DNA from: a virus
Taxonomy: Duplodnaviria > Caudoviricetes
Reading direction: 5' to 3' (one strand)
DNA: 64,000 bases
Virus record (IMG/VR): IMGVR_UViG_3300033067_002128
Span: 34,432-98,431 of that record
A model generated the notes under the pieces. That model was not told the DNA's origin. It saw nothing but the letters and a program-made list of their open reading frames with translations, and did no database searches. A program made the translations under genes and the position numbers. Shown here in pieces: positions 37,086 to 46,598 of the stretch (the stretch's first letter is position 1; every line of letters begins with the position of its first letter).

Positions 37086-37831
37086 AAAAATACCTCCTAG
37101 TTATAGCTCGCTACAAAGACGAGCGGCAGGAAATTTTTGAGAAATTTATTTCTCCGAAGAATAAAGATTATTGCTTTCGACACAAACTTGACTATTTGCT
37201 CATAGATAATTCTGTAGATTTGCCTTTATTCAGGGGCAATCCTACTTGGTGGAAGTTTACCGTTCCTTGTGCGTTGATTCGTGGTGGAAATATTAGAGAG
37301 GGAGACTTGCTCGTTCACTTTGATGCTGACATGGTAATCTGCAAGCCAGAATATGAATATACCACTTCAAGAAGTTTTTCTTACTCTATAGATAATGGCA
37401 ATACTCATTGTATGGGTAATTATTGCATGAGAATCAATGACTGGACGGTAGATTTAGTTGATAAAATATTGGACGAAGATTTTTATCAAAAAAATAAAGA
37501 CACAAAACATTGGCTAGAATTCAGGGAGCAGGCCGCGTGGTATTCTTTGGCAGGTATCCATTCCCACAGTTGGACTTCTTTTTTCGAACTTCCATTTTAT
37601 GGATTTAATGGGAGAGAAAACTCTGAAAATATTGCTTTTGGAATTAAAGAACTAATGAGTCGCGTCGAAATAAAAGATGCCCGTTGGAACACAACCCTTC
37701 TGGCAGAAGAGGCTGACGATCCCGTATCTCAAATGCTTCAACAATACAACATAAACAAAACCCCCAAAAAAGAAACAATTATCCGACATTTTGCTGGAGG
37801 GCAACCTTGGAGAGAAGAGTATTTCAGATGA
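37082..37831 (+). CDS. putative glycosyltransferase (GT34-like)
   Basis: NKDYCFRH, PTWWK, HFDADM DxD motif, REQAAW, IRHFAG. Confidence 0.65.
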   Translation: MKKYLLVIARYKDERQEIFEKFISPKNKDYCFRHKLDYLLIDNSVDLPLFRGNPTWWKFTVPCALIRGGNIREGDLLVHFDADMVICKPEYEYTTSRSFSYSIDNGNTHCMGNYCMRINDWTVDLVDKILDEDFYQKNKDTKHWLEFREQAAWYSLAGIHSHSWTSFFELPFYGFNGRENSENIAFGIKELMSRVEIKDARWNTTLLAEEADDPVSQMLQQYNINKTPKKETIIRHFAGGQPWREEYFR

Positions 37832-38571
37832 ACAAATTAGGATTCGTGATTACATGTTTTGATGAAGTAAACGCTATTGATATGGCGCTGACTTCTTTAA
37901 GGTATCATTATCCAGAAGAAGGAGTTGTTGTTTTTTGCGAAGGTGATGTTGAGGCTTTTGATTTCATGGGAGCAAAACATGAGGCTAGGATCTGCAAATC
38001 CTCCGATACTCAAAGTCACCTCTTAAAACTGTCCGATCAAAACTACAAACAAGAAGATCAATTTAATGTGGAATTAGCAATGAAGGTTTTGTTGACTAGG
38101 ATTTCTTTAGCCTGTTCTTGGAATGATTGTGAGTATTTATTGCTTCATTGTCCAGACACCTTGATTCGTGGGAAGATCAGTATTCCAGACGGGTCTGGGC
38201 TTTTGGGCTCTCTAGTGAATCCTTATTTTATACCAAAGATTAACAACGTGTTAGTCAAATATGGAGGAATCCCTGTTGCTGCTTTTGGCGCGGTTCCAGC
38301 TATTTTCAATGTGGCCGATTTTAGAAAAGCATATCAAATCATCAAAAATCGTCCAATCATTTTGACTGAATTGGCCGAGGCTTCCTGTTATTCTTTTTCA
38401 CATGATATTTTCATGTCCTGTCTTTTTTCTTTGATAGGGAAAAGAGAAGAATATAATCCTCAAATTGTCGAATGTGGAAGAAATCCGAATTGGATGCAAA
38501 CAGATTGCCCAATTATCCATCAATTCCGAACATTTTACCCAAAACGAAAAACAAAATATGGCAGCGCTTGA
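37828..38571 (+). CDS. putative glycosyltransferase (GT-A-like)
   Basis: GFVITCFDE, EYLLLHCPDTLIRG, PIIHQF; start at MNKLGF. Confidence 0.55.
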   Translation: MNKLGFVITCFDEVNAIDMALTSLRYHYPEEGVVVFCEGDVEAFDFMGAKHEARICKSSDTQSHLLKLSDQNYKQEDQFNVELAMKVLLTRISLACSWNDCEYLLLHCPDTLIRGKISIPDGSGLLGSLVNPYFIPKINNVLVKYGGIPVAAFGAVPAIFNVADFRKAYQIIKNRPIILTELAEASCYSFSHDIFMSCLFSLIGKREEYNPQIVECGRNPNWMQTDCPIIHQFRTFYPKRKTKYGSA

Positions 38572-39154
38572 AGATATTCTAAAAACATCAATTGAAAGCA
38601 AGGGAGATTCTGATAGGCATCTAATAGTTCTTTTCTCTATCGCTTTGGCAACTAAGGGAAAGAATTATATTGAATTAGGGGTCCGAGGCGGGACGACTAC
38701 AATTCCAATCCTTGAGGCGGCGAAACTGAATAAAGGAGTTGTCTATTCCGTTGATATAGACGATGGGCCAAAAATTAGCTCATTGAACTGGCGCTTCCAT
38801 AAGCAAGATGCCATAGAATTTCTAAAAACATGGGAGGAAACAAGTATGCCAAGCCCAGATTTTGTCTATGTTGACGATTGGCATTCGTATGATCACGTTA
38901 AAAAAGAATTGGAGATTCTCGATAGAATAGTTACTCCGAAAACGATAATCGTCTTACATGATTTGATGTATGGAAATACCTGCCCGTATTATCATTCTGA
39001 TCTTACCTTGGAAGACGGCCAATGGGCCAATGGAGGTCCGTATAGGGCTGTGGCAGAGCTTAACCCGCAGTTTTGGGAGTTCAGCACCTTACCGTGGAGT
39101 CACGGCCTCACAATCCTTCGAAAGAAGTATTCCAATCGAACTACGACAGTATGA
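38558..39154 (+). CDS. class I SAM-dependent methyltransferase (Methyltransf_24-like)
   Basis: IELGVRGG, YSVDI, FVYVDDWHSYDHV, IVLHD; start at MAALED. Confidence 0.85.
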   Translation: MAALEDILKTSIESKGDSDRHLIVLFSIALATKGKNYIELGVRGGTTTIPILEAAKLNKGVVYSVDIDDGPKISSLNWRFHKQDAIEFLKTWEETSMPSPDFVYVDDWHSYDHVKKELEILDRIVTPKTIIVLHDLMYGNTCPYYHSDLTLEDGQWANGGPYRAVAELNPQFWEFSTLPWSHGLTILRKKYSNRTTTV

Positions 39155-39960
39155 AAATTCTTGTATTGGGCAGCGAAGGACAAATTGGAAAGCCTGTTTG
39201 TGAGTTCTTATTTAAGAGCGGCCATACGGTTCTACGATTCGATATAAAAATAGCAGAAGCTCACGATCTAAGAAAATATACTCGGGCATTGGAATCTGGT
39301 GTTGAGTGGGCTGATTTTGTTTATTATTTTGCCTCTGATGTTGGAGGTTCTAAATATCTTGAATCTAAACAAGACTCTTTTGAATTTATCAGAGACAATC
39401 TGGCGATTATGCAAAATACTTTTGGGGTTCTTGAGAAATACAAGAAACCGTTTGTTTTTACCTCTTCTCAAATGGCAGAACAGCCAGACTCCACTTATGG
39501 TAATTTAAAACTCATAGGCGAAAGATACACAAAATCTCTAGGAGGAATGTTCATCCGTCTTTGGAACGTTTATGGCAAGGAAGAAGACGAAGAAAAAAGT
39601 CATGTAATTACGGATTTCATTTCTCAAGCCAAAAATGGCAAAATACAGTGCCGCACGAATGGAGAGGAAGAGCGTCAGTTTTTACATGTGGACGATTTTT
39701 GTAGATGTATTCTGACGCTCACAGAACGTTACGAAGAGATAGACAAAAGCCACAATATTGATATCTCAAGTTTTCAGTGGACCAAAATCAAAGATTTAGC
39801 TGATATTTGTTGTATTCTTTTTCCTTGTGTAGCTGAGTTTTCTGACCGATATGATCAAACTCAAAAAAATTATAAGAACGACCCAAAAAGAGATATTTTG
39901 AAATTCTGGCAACCCCAAATTTCTCTTTCAGAAGGAATAAAAAAGATAGTTTTAGAATGA
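39151..39960 (+). CDS. NAD-dependent epimerase/dehydratase (SDR)
   Basis: MKILVLGSEGQIG, FTSS, YGNLK (YxxxK), RLWNVYG, RQFLHVDD. Confidence 0.9.
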   Translation: MKILVLGSEGQIGKPVCEFLFKSGHTVLRFDIKIAEAHDLRKYTRALESGVEWADFVYYFASDVGGSKYLESKQDSFEFIRDNLAIMQNTFGVLEKYKKPFVFTSSQMAEQPDSTYGNLKLIGERYTKSLGGMFIRLWNVYGKEEDEEKSHVITDFISQAKNGKIQCRTNGEEERQFLHVDDFCRCILTLTERYEEIDKSHNIDISSFQWTKIKDLADICCILFPCVAEFSDRYDQTQKNYKNDPKRDILKFWQPQISLSEGIKKIVLE

Positions 39961-40577
39961 TTCAGATTCATTACGAGGGAAGATTCGGTAATCAGTTGTT
40001 GCAATACGCTCATGCTGTAGCAGACTCCATTGAGTCGGGGGAAGGAATACAAAATCCAATGGATACAAAAATTGTTCAATATGATAAAATTATTGACGAA
40101 AATGATATTCGCGAGCAGCGAGGTTATTGCCAGTCTCCAGAAACAGTAGAAAAATTATCTCGAAATAGATTAAAAATTTTCCCCGAAATTTCAGAAAAAG
40201 AGGGGGTTTTTGTGCATTTAAGAATGGGGGACATTGAATATAGGGGTGGATGCAGGCCCACTGTCGTTTATTATAAAGAGGCTTTAAAACAAAGCGGGCA
40301 GACTAGAGGATTTATTAGTTCCGACTCTCCTAGACATTCAGATGTTTGTTCTCTGATGGAAGAATTTGGATTAGAAAAATTTGAAGCAGGAGAGGAGGAG
40401 ACTATTTTATTCGGCTCTCAATTCAAAAATAAAATTTTGTCTTTGGGGACTTTTAGTTGGTGGATTGGTTTTTTAGGCAGTCAGAATAACGTCATTTGCC
40501 CAAAGTGGACTAATTACGACATTTGGCACGGAGATATTTTTTGTGTTGAAAATTGGAATGTTTTAGATATAAAATAA
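39957..40577 (+). CDS. alpha-1,2-fucosyltransferase-like (GT11)
   Basis: GRFGNQLLQYA, VHLRMGD, YYKEAL, SSDS, GTFSWW. Confidence 0.85.
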   Translation: MIQIHYEGRFGNQLLQYAHAVADSIESGEGIQNPMDTKIVQYDKIIDENDIREQRGYCQSPETVEKLSRNRLKIFPEISEKEGVFVHLRMGDIEYRGGCRPTVVYYKEALKQSGQTRGFISSDSPRHSDVCSLMEEFGLEKFEAGEEETILFGSQFKNKILSLGTFSWWIGFLGSQNNVICPKWTNYDIWHGDIFCVENWNVLDIK

Positions 40578-40579
40578 AT

Positions 40580-41638
40580 ATGCAATCCACAGCCGTTATA
40601 ACAGGAGCAAACTCAATGGACGGCAAAACGCTCGCCCATTTCCTTCTAAACAAGGGATACAAGGTTATTCTTACTTATCGCCGCAATACTTTTTTTGATG
40701 AATTGTCTTTACGTAAAATTTTTGTAAATGATCTTTTGGCTAATCCAAATTCTTCTCTTTTTTTTGAACCCTGCGACATTTCGTGCCATTCCAGCGTGAA
40801 GGCTTGCATATTATCAGTGTTGGAACACCATGGACACATTGATGAACTTTACCTTTTGGCTGCGAATTCCCATGTCGGAGATTCTTTCCGCAACAAGGAA
40901 CTCTCCATTCAAACAAATGGCCAAAGCGTTTATTTCTTTCTCGAAACATTGAAAAACCACAGTCGGGACACGCGGACATATTTTGCGGCGACAAGTGAGT
41001 TGGTCGGAGGAATTGATTCTGGGACTTTTGATGAGACTTGCCTTTGGAATCCACGCTCCCCTTACGCTATTGGAAAAGAGTTGGGCGCAAGATGGGTTAA
41101 TTTTTACAGGGATTCCCTTGACGCCAATCTCTTTGCTTGTTACGGAGTTCTCTTCAACCACTCTAACACATACCGTTCTCAAGATTTTGCCATTCGCAAG
41201 ATCACGAATACCGCCGCCAAAATTGCCTTGGGTAAAACCGACAAACTGACGCTCGGGCATCTTGATTGGGCGCGTGATGAACATTGGTCCGACTTTGGAT
41301 GCGAAGCCATGTGGAAAATGTTGCAGCTTGATTCGCCAGATAATTTTGTTGTCGGCAATGGAGAATGTCATTGGGGAGAAGAGTTTGTCGAAAGCGCATT
41401 TTCATATTTTAATTTGGATTGGAAAAAGCACGTAGTATTCAGCGATGAATTTAAAAGACCAAATGAGGTTGTGAGACTTATTTCAAACCCAGTTAAAGCA
41501 GAAGCAAAACTTGGCTGGATTAAAAACAGAATTTCATTTAAAAAACATATTGAGTTAATGTGCGACTATGACTATCAATTAGAGTCGGGTCAAACTCCAA
41601 TTCGGCCAGATGTTTTCAAGATTACTGAATCTTCTTGA
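40580..41638 (+). CDS. gmd: GDP-mannose 4,6-dehydratase
   Basis: AVITGANSMDG, LAANSHVGDSF, AATSEL, PRSPYAIGK, GVLFNH, FAIRKIT, RPNEV. Confidence 0.9.
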   Translation: MQSTAVITGANSMDGKTLAHFLLNKGYKVILTYRRNTFFDELSLRKIFVNDLLANPNSSLFFEPCDISCHSSVKACILSVLEHHGHIDELYLLAANSHVGDSFRNKELSIQTNGQSVYFFLETLKNHSRDTRTYFAATSELVGGIDSGTFDETCLWNPRSPYAIGKELGARWVNFYRDSLDANLFACYGVLFNHSNTYRSQDFAIRKITNTAAKIALGKTDKLTLGHLDWARDEHWSDFGCEAMWKMLQLDSPDNFVVGNGECHWGEEFVESAFSYFNLDWKKHVVFSDEFKRPNEVVRLISNPVKAEAKLGWIKNRISFKKHIELMCDYDYQLESGQTPIRPDVFKITESS

Positions 41639-41671
41639 CTTTTTTCTCTTCTTGCTGTAAAAAGAAGAAGA

Positions 41672-42046
41672 ATGCCTCGCAAGAAAAAAGAACCAAAGCC
41701 CCCGTCTTTCCATAAAGACAGGCAATTCTTTATTTCTCGCATGCTTGGGAATGCCAAATCTCCCAGCTATAAACTAGACATGATGATCGCGAAGGAGGTG
41801 TTTGAGACCTTCAATAACGACATTGATTTCTTACATAAGGTCAAGCGACCCTTTGAATTCGATCCCCAAAAGGGATTACTGTATTTTAAATCTCCCGCAG
41901 GGAAGGAATATTTGAGAAAAAAATACACCGAATTTAAATTCATTATTCCAGAAAGCGAAAAACCAGTTGATTTAGGAGTCAAAAGCGGCGATGATGTATA
42001 TGAAAACAAACCACGGACAATAAGAGAATTTTTATATGGCAGCTAA
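41672..42046 (+). CDS. hypothetical protein
   Basis: 124 aa ORF coupled to recA. Confidence 0.65.
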   Translation: MPRKKKEPKPPSFHKDRQFFISRMLGNAKSPSYKLDMMIAKEVFETFNNDIDFLHKVKRPFEFDPQKGLLYFKSPAGKEYLRKKYTEFKFIIPESEKPVDLGVKSGDDVYENKPRTIREFLYGS

Positions 42047-43196
42047 GAAAAAAAACACTGGAGAAGAAGATCAAGATAAGAAAAAGGTATTGGGGTCAAC
42101 AGAATTTGCCGAGCAATTCTTCAATACTCGCAGAACCGAATTGTATAATTTAGAAGAAGAGTCGGACGAATACTTGGTTTCTACAGGGTCTTTGATCTTG
42201 GATCACAAGATCGGCGGCGGGCTTGGCGCTGGCGTTCAGCGTTTTGTCGGAGTTACGGAGGGCGGTAAGTCAAGCGCGGCTTTAGAAGTAATGAAGAACA
42301 TGCTCAACTCAATTCCGAATTCAAAAGGATTATATGTCAAAGCAGAAGGTCGGCTTTCTAAAAACGTTCAAAATAGATCTGGTGTTAGATTTACCAAAAA
42401 CGCCCAAGAATGGACTCTTGGGACTTGTTTGATTTTTGAGTCGAATATTTTTGATACTGTTTTTGATTTTATCAGGGGAATGCTGCGCAATAATCCGAAT
42501 AAGGAAAAATATTGCATCATCATTGATTCTATGGATGGATTAATCTCTCTTGGAGATATTGAAAAAACTAGCGGAGAAGCCGCAAAGGTTGCCGCTGGTG
42601 CGGTAATGTCTTCTGATTTTCTTAAAAGAGTCTCGTTAGGGATGAGCAAATTTGGACACATGTGCATTATGACATCCCAACAACGCGCAAAAGTTTCTAT
42701 TGGAGACTATGTAAAACAAGACACCAATAATATCACTCAATCAAGTGGAGGCAACGCACAAATGCATTTTCCAGATTGGATTTTCGAGTTCCAAAGAGCG
42801 TTCAAGGCAGACAAAATCGTTGACAAACCCGATGAACCAATTGGCCCGAACAATAAACTTTACGGCCACATTGCCAAAGTTCTTATCTGTAAATCCACAA
42901 ACGAAACAACTGGAGAAACCGTAAGGTATCCAATTAAATATGGCCGCACAGATGGGACCTCCATTTGGATTGAAAGAGAGGTCGTGGATCTTCTTTTAAT
43001 GTGGGGTCTTTTTGAGAAAGGCGGTGCGGGATGGTTTACTGCCGATACAGAACTTCTTGAACATGTTAAATCCCAAGGCTTGGAAATGCCCGAAAAAATT
43101 CAAGGCATTAAAAACATTTATGCTCTTCTTGAAGAGAATGAGGATTTGTTTGTTTGTCTTAGGGATTATGTGAAGGAGAACTTTTTAAAGAAATGA
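42036..43196 (+). CDS. recA: RecA/UvsX-like recombinase
   Basis: STGSLILDHKIGGG, GVTEGGKS Walker A, IIIDSMDGL, SQQRAK, SGGNA. Confidence 0.9.
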   Translation: MAAKKKNTGEEDQDKKKVLGSTEFAEQFFNTRRTELYNLEEESDEYLVSTGSLILDHKIGGGLGAGVQRFVGVTEGGKSSAALEVMKNMLNSIPNSKGLYVKAEGRLSKNVQNRSGVRFTKNAQEWTLGTCLIFESNIFDTVFDFIRGMLRNNPNKEKYCIIIDSMDGLISLGDIEKTSGEAAKVAAGAVMSSDFLKRVSLGMSKFGHMCIMTSQQRAKVSIGDYVKQDTNNITQSSGGNAQMHFPDWIFEFQRAFKADKIVDKPDEPIGPNNKLYGHIAKVLICKSTNETTGETVRYPIKYGRTDGTSIWIEREVVDLLLMWGLFEKGGAGWFTADTELLEHVKSQGLEMPEKIQGIKNIYALLEENEDLFVCLRDYVKENFLKK

Positions 43197-43600
43197 TCTT
43201 CCTCTCAACATCAGGTAGAACAACGAAGTTAAAGAATCCATTTAAGTATTTGATAAATTGGAACGGCAAATGCCGCAGCAAATTCCAAGAGCGCGTCAAA
43301 GCCCTTTTACACCCATATTGGTTTGCCGATATTGTTTTTGAAGAGATGCCAGTAATTGGAACGCGCCTGACCCTTGATTTTTATAATGCCAACAGAAAAA
43401 TAGCCTTAGAGGCGGATGGAAGCCAACATTACAAATTCAATCCCCATTTTCACGGAAACAATCGCTCAAAATTTCTTAGCCAACTCCAGAGGGACGAGAA
43501 AAAGGAAGTTTTTTGCGAACTGAACAACATTAGGCTTGTAAGAATTATAGAATCTGATAGATTGGATAAATCGCTCCTCAAAGAACTTGAATTAATATGA
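43193..43600 (+). CDS. DUF559/Vsr-like restriction-fold endonuclease
   Basis: SKFQ, LTLDFY, IALEADGSQHY, QRDEKKEVFCELNNIRLVRI. Confidence 0.75.
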   Translation: MIFLSTSGRTTKLKNPFKYLINWNGKCRSKFQERVKALLHPYWFADIVFEEMPVIGTRLTLDFYNANRKIALEADGSQHYKFNPHFHGNNRSKFLSQLQRDEKKEVFCELNNIRLVRIIESDRLDKSLLKELELI

Positions 43601-43821
43601 AAAAAGAAAACCTAGTATCAATCCCAAACTCCATTTTAACAAAAATCTTTGATAATACTGGTTCTTCTTCTGGCGGCAATCGTGGATTTGTTCTTTTTTA
43701 TATCAATCCTGACGGAACTCCAACAGTGACTTCCAAGACAGAAAACGCCTGTGTTTCTTTGGCTCTTAGAAAAGTAATGGAAATGTTTCTCGACGAGACA
43801 GACCCCAACGAACAACAATGA
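43597..43821 (+). CDS. hypothetical protein
   Basis: 74 aa, ATGA-coupled on both sides. Confidence 0.7.
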   Translation: MKKENLVSIPNSILTKIFDNTGSSSGGNRGFVLFYINPDGTPTVTSKTENACVSLALRKVMEMFLDETDPNEQQ

Positions 43822-45362
43822 TTTATTCTTACGAATTAGAAAAAAAAGTCCTTAGCGGACTAATCCAGCATCAACACAAGTGGGCCGAAGTGTCTGCCTT
43901 TCTCAAAGATAATGATTTTTATTTTGAGGATTCGAAGGTTAATGTTTCGATTTTCAAACTAATTAGAAACGCCCTAGATAATGCCGAGGCGATTGACGAG
44001 ACCATTCTTGTTCAGAGGTTGAACCAATTGAAGGTTAGTTTTCCTGACAGCATTGATATTGCAGAGTATGTTTATTCGCTCGCTTTCTACAAAATCACAG
44101 AGGAAATCTTTATTGCCTCCGTTCGTGAGTTGAAGAAATTTACCGCAAGAAGGGAGATTTATAATTCCTGCAAAGAAGTAGCCTCTTTTGTTAAAGGAGT
44201 CGATCCTAGTTTGAAGTATTCTGAAATTGTAGATCAGGCAGACAAGCTTTATAATAAAGGAATCAAGGATTTCGAGGCTTATGATCGCGGGCCAATTAAT
44301 TTGTTTGAATTGGCCGAACCAATGATCGAAGAGCGCGGCAACAATCCTGTGACGGAGTTTGGATTGATGGGACCGCACAAGAGGATTAATGAGATTTACG
44401 GCTCTCTTCTCAGGGGCGGGAATATAACAATTGTGGTGGCCAGAAGCGCGGTTGGGAAGAGCCAATTCGCGATGGACTTTTGCACCAAAGTTTCGGCAAT
44501 TTATAATCACGTTCCCGTTCTTCATTTTGATAACGGGGAAATGAGCGAAGAAGAACTGATTGAGCGCCAAATGTCGGCCATGACAGGTTTGCCGACATAT
44601 TTATTCTCTACGGGTAAATGGCGCACTTCTTCATACAAAGGAATGTCTTCTGAGGAAATTGTGGCGTTGACTCGCTCGACCTTCAAGAAATTAAAGGGAA
44701 CCCAATTTCACTACGAAAATGTCGCTGGATTGAGCGCTGATGAAATGGTTTCTCTTCTTAAGAGATTCTATTATTCTAAAGTAGGACGCGGGAACAAAAT
44801 GATTTTCAGTTTCGACTATATTAAGAGCGACTTCTCTAATTCAGACAAGGGAGACGGCTGGATGCAGGTTGGTAAGATGGTCGATAAATTCAAACAATGC
44901 ATTCACAAGGAACTCTGTTTTGATGGAGACAGACCCGTGGCAATGTTTAGTTCTGTTCAATCAAACAGGCTAGGCATCACCACCAATAGAACCGCAGATA
45001 ATATTGTGGAAGACGAAAGCGTAGTTTCCCTTTCGGATAACATCACCCAATTCTGCTCTCACCTTTTCCTTCTTAGAAAGAAGCTGTTAGAAGAAATTCA
45101 AGCGGAGGGAGGTAGGTTTGGCACCCATAAACTTATCAACTTAAAAGCCCGCCATTTGGGAGAAGACGCGATGAGTCATCTTGATCCCGTTACTATGCCA
45201 GATGGTTCTAAGAAAAACAATTTCATCAACCTAGATTTCCAAAATTTCAGTATCACCGAAAAGGGAGATTTGAAGAACATAGTTCGATCCATGCAGAACA
45301 ATGATGTAGATTTAGAACAGGATAATAATGATGGTGGCGTTCCATTTATTTTAAGACAATGA
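43818..45362 (+). CDS. dnaB: DnaB-like replicative helicase
   Basis: ARSAVGKS Walker A, NGEMSEEEL, FDYIK, QSNR, SLSDNITQ, LKAR. Confidence 0.9.
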   Translation: MIYSYELEKKVLSGLIQHQHKWAEVSAFLKDNDFYFEDSKVNVSIFKLIRNALDNAEAIDETILVQRLNQLKVSFPDSIDIAEYVYSLAFYKITEEIFIASVRELKKFTARREIYNSCKEVASFVKGVDPSLKYSEIVDQADKLYNKGIKDFEAYDRGPINLFELAEPMIEERGNNPVTEFGLMGPHKRINEIYGSLLRGGNITIVVARSAVGKSQFAMDFCTKVSAIYNHVPVLHFDNGEMSEEELIERQMSAMTGLPTYLFSTGKWRTSSYKGMSSEEIVALTRSTFKKLKGTQFHYENVAGLSADEMVSLLKRFYYSKVGRGNKMIFSFDYIKSDFSNSDKGDGWMQVGKMVDKFKQCIHKELCFDGDRPVAMFSSVQSNRLGITTNRTADNIVEDESVVSLSDNITQFCSHLFLLRKKLLEEIQAEGGRFGTHKLINLKARHLGEDAMSHLDPVTMPDGSKKNNFINLDFQNFSITEKGDLKNIVRSMQNNDVDLEQDNNDGGVPFILRQ

Positions 45363-45562
45363 CCGTCAAATTCACAAATCCGACAGATAAATATGTTTCA
45401 CTACTTCTTGGAAACAAAGGAGGAACTTTAAATACTATTTTTGTTTATATCGACCCCTACAATTATTCTATATATGAAGCAAACGGCAGTATATTTGCTC
45501 GCTTTTTTAAAGAATTTTCAGAAGATTTAGTGAGATTTAAAATTCAACATGACAGACTATAA
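45359..45562 (+). CDS. hypothetical protein
   Basis: 67 aa, overlaps both neighbours. Confidence 0.55.
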   Translation: MTVKFTNPTDKYVSLLLGNKGGTLNTIFVYIDPYNYSIYEANGSIFARFFKEFSEDLVRFKIQHDRL

Positions 45563-46598
45563 ATCCATCCTAGAAAACCTCGGCTACAAACTATCCGACA
45601 GAGGTTCATTCTGGCAAACCAACGCCGTTTACAGAGGTGGCGACAACATGACCGCCATTCTAGTGTATAAAAACAATGGTGTTTGGAAGGATTTTGTGGA
45701 AGACACCAACTATATGCCTTTCGAAGCCCTGCTTGAAAAGACATTAAACACAAAAGATAAGTTAAAGATTAGGGAGCTTCTAAAAAACAAAACCAGCGAA
45801 GACTTCTCGCCAACCTCAAAAAAGAAACTATTGATCCAAGAAAAAACATACGACCCTTCCTGCCTAAGGAAACTGCTCCCTCATTACGACTTTTATGTTA
45901 AAAGGGGAATCACCAAGGAAACTCTTCAAGATTACCAATGCGGCCTTGCTACAGGAGGCAAACTTTATCAGAGAATCGTCTTTCCAATCTTTAATAAAGA
46001 CGGCAAAATTCACGGTTTCTCTGGGCGCAAGGTTTTGGATAAAAACGACTCTCCGAAGTGGCTCCATAATGGCAAAAAGACAGACTGGTTTTATCCATTC
46101 TTCACCACGCCAAAGACCGAAGAAAAGATCCAAGAAAAAAAATCAGTTTTTCTTCTTGAGTCCATTGGTGATTCTTTGGCGATGTATGATGCTGGATTAG
46201 AGAACAACTTGGTCTGTTTCGGAGTGGCCATAAGTCCTAAATTTATAGCACATTTGGCCACTTTGGATTTGGAGCGGATTTATGTGAGCTTGAATAATGA
46301 TTCTGATTCTGAAAGAAACAGAGGCTTTGAGGGGGCGTTTAAAGTTATCTGCAAACTGGCCCAAACCATAGACTTCAAAAAATTGTATTTTGCTCCTCCA
46401 TTTAAAAATGATTTTGGGGCGATGAACAAATTGGAAATTGAATCTTTTTATTCGGAAGCGAAAAATCTCGATCATCAGTTGTCAATGAGTCAAATTATCG
46501 AATTTGGCAAAAAGATGAACGCTGAAACAAAACAAAGCGCGGCATTCGTTAAAGATTTAAAGAATTTGTGCAAGCTTTATAATTTCCATTACAAATGA
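45549..46598 (+). CDS. dnaG: DNA primase (DnaG-like TOPRIM)
   Basis: RIVFPIFN..GKIHGFSGR, PKW, FLLESIGD, SLNND; N-terminal Zn-binding Cys absent. Confidence 0.85.
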   Translation: MTDYKSILENLGYKLSDRGSFWQTNAVYRGGDNMTAILVYKNNGVWKDFVEDTNYMPFEALLEKTLNTKDKLKIRELLKNKTSEDFSPTSKKKLLIQEKTYDPSCLRKLLPHYDFYVKRGITKETLQDYQCGLATGGKLYQRIVFPIFNKDGKIHGFSGRKVLDKNDSPKWLHNGKKTDWFYPFFTTPKTEEKIQEKKSVFLLESIGDSLAMYDAGLENNLVCFGVAISPKFIAHLATLDLERIYVSLNNDSDSERNRGFEGAFKVICKLAQTIDFKKLYFAPPFKNDFGAMNKLEIESFYSEAKNLDHQLSMSQIIEFGKKMNAETKQSAAFVKDLKNLCKLYNFHYK

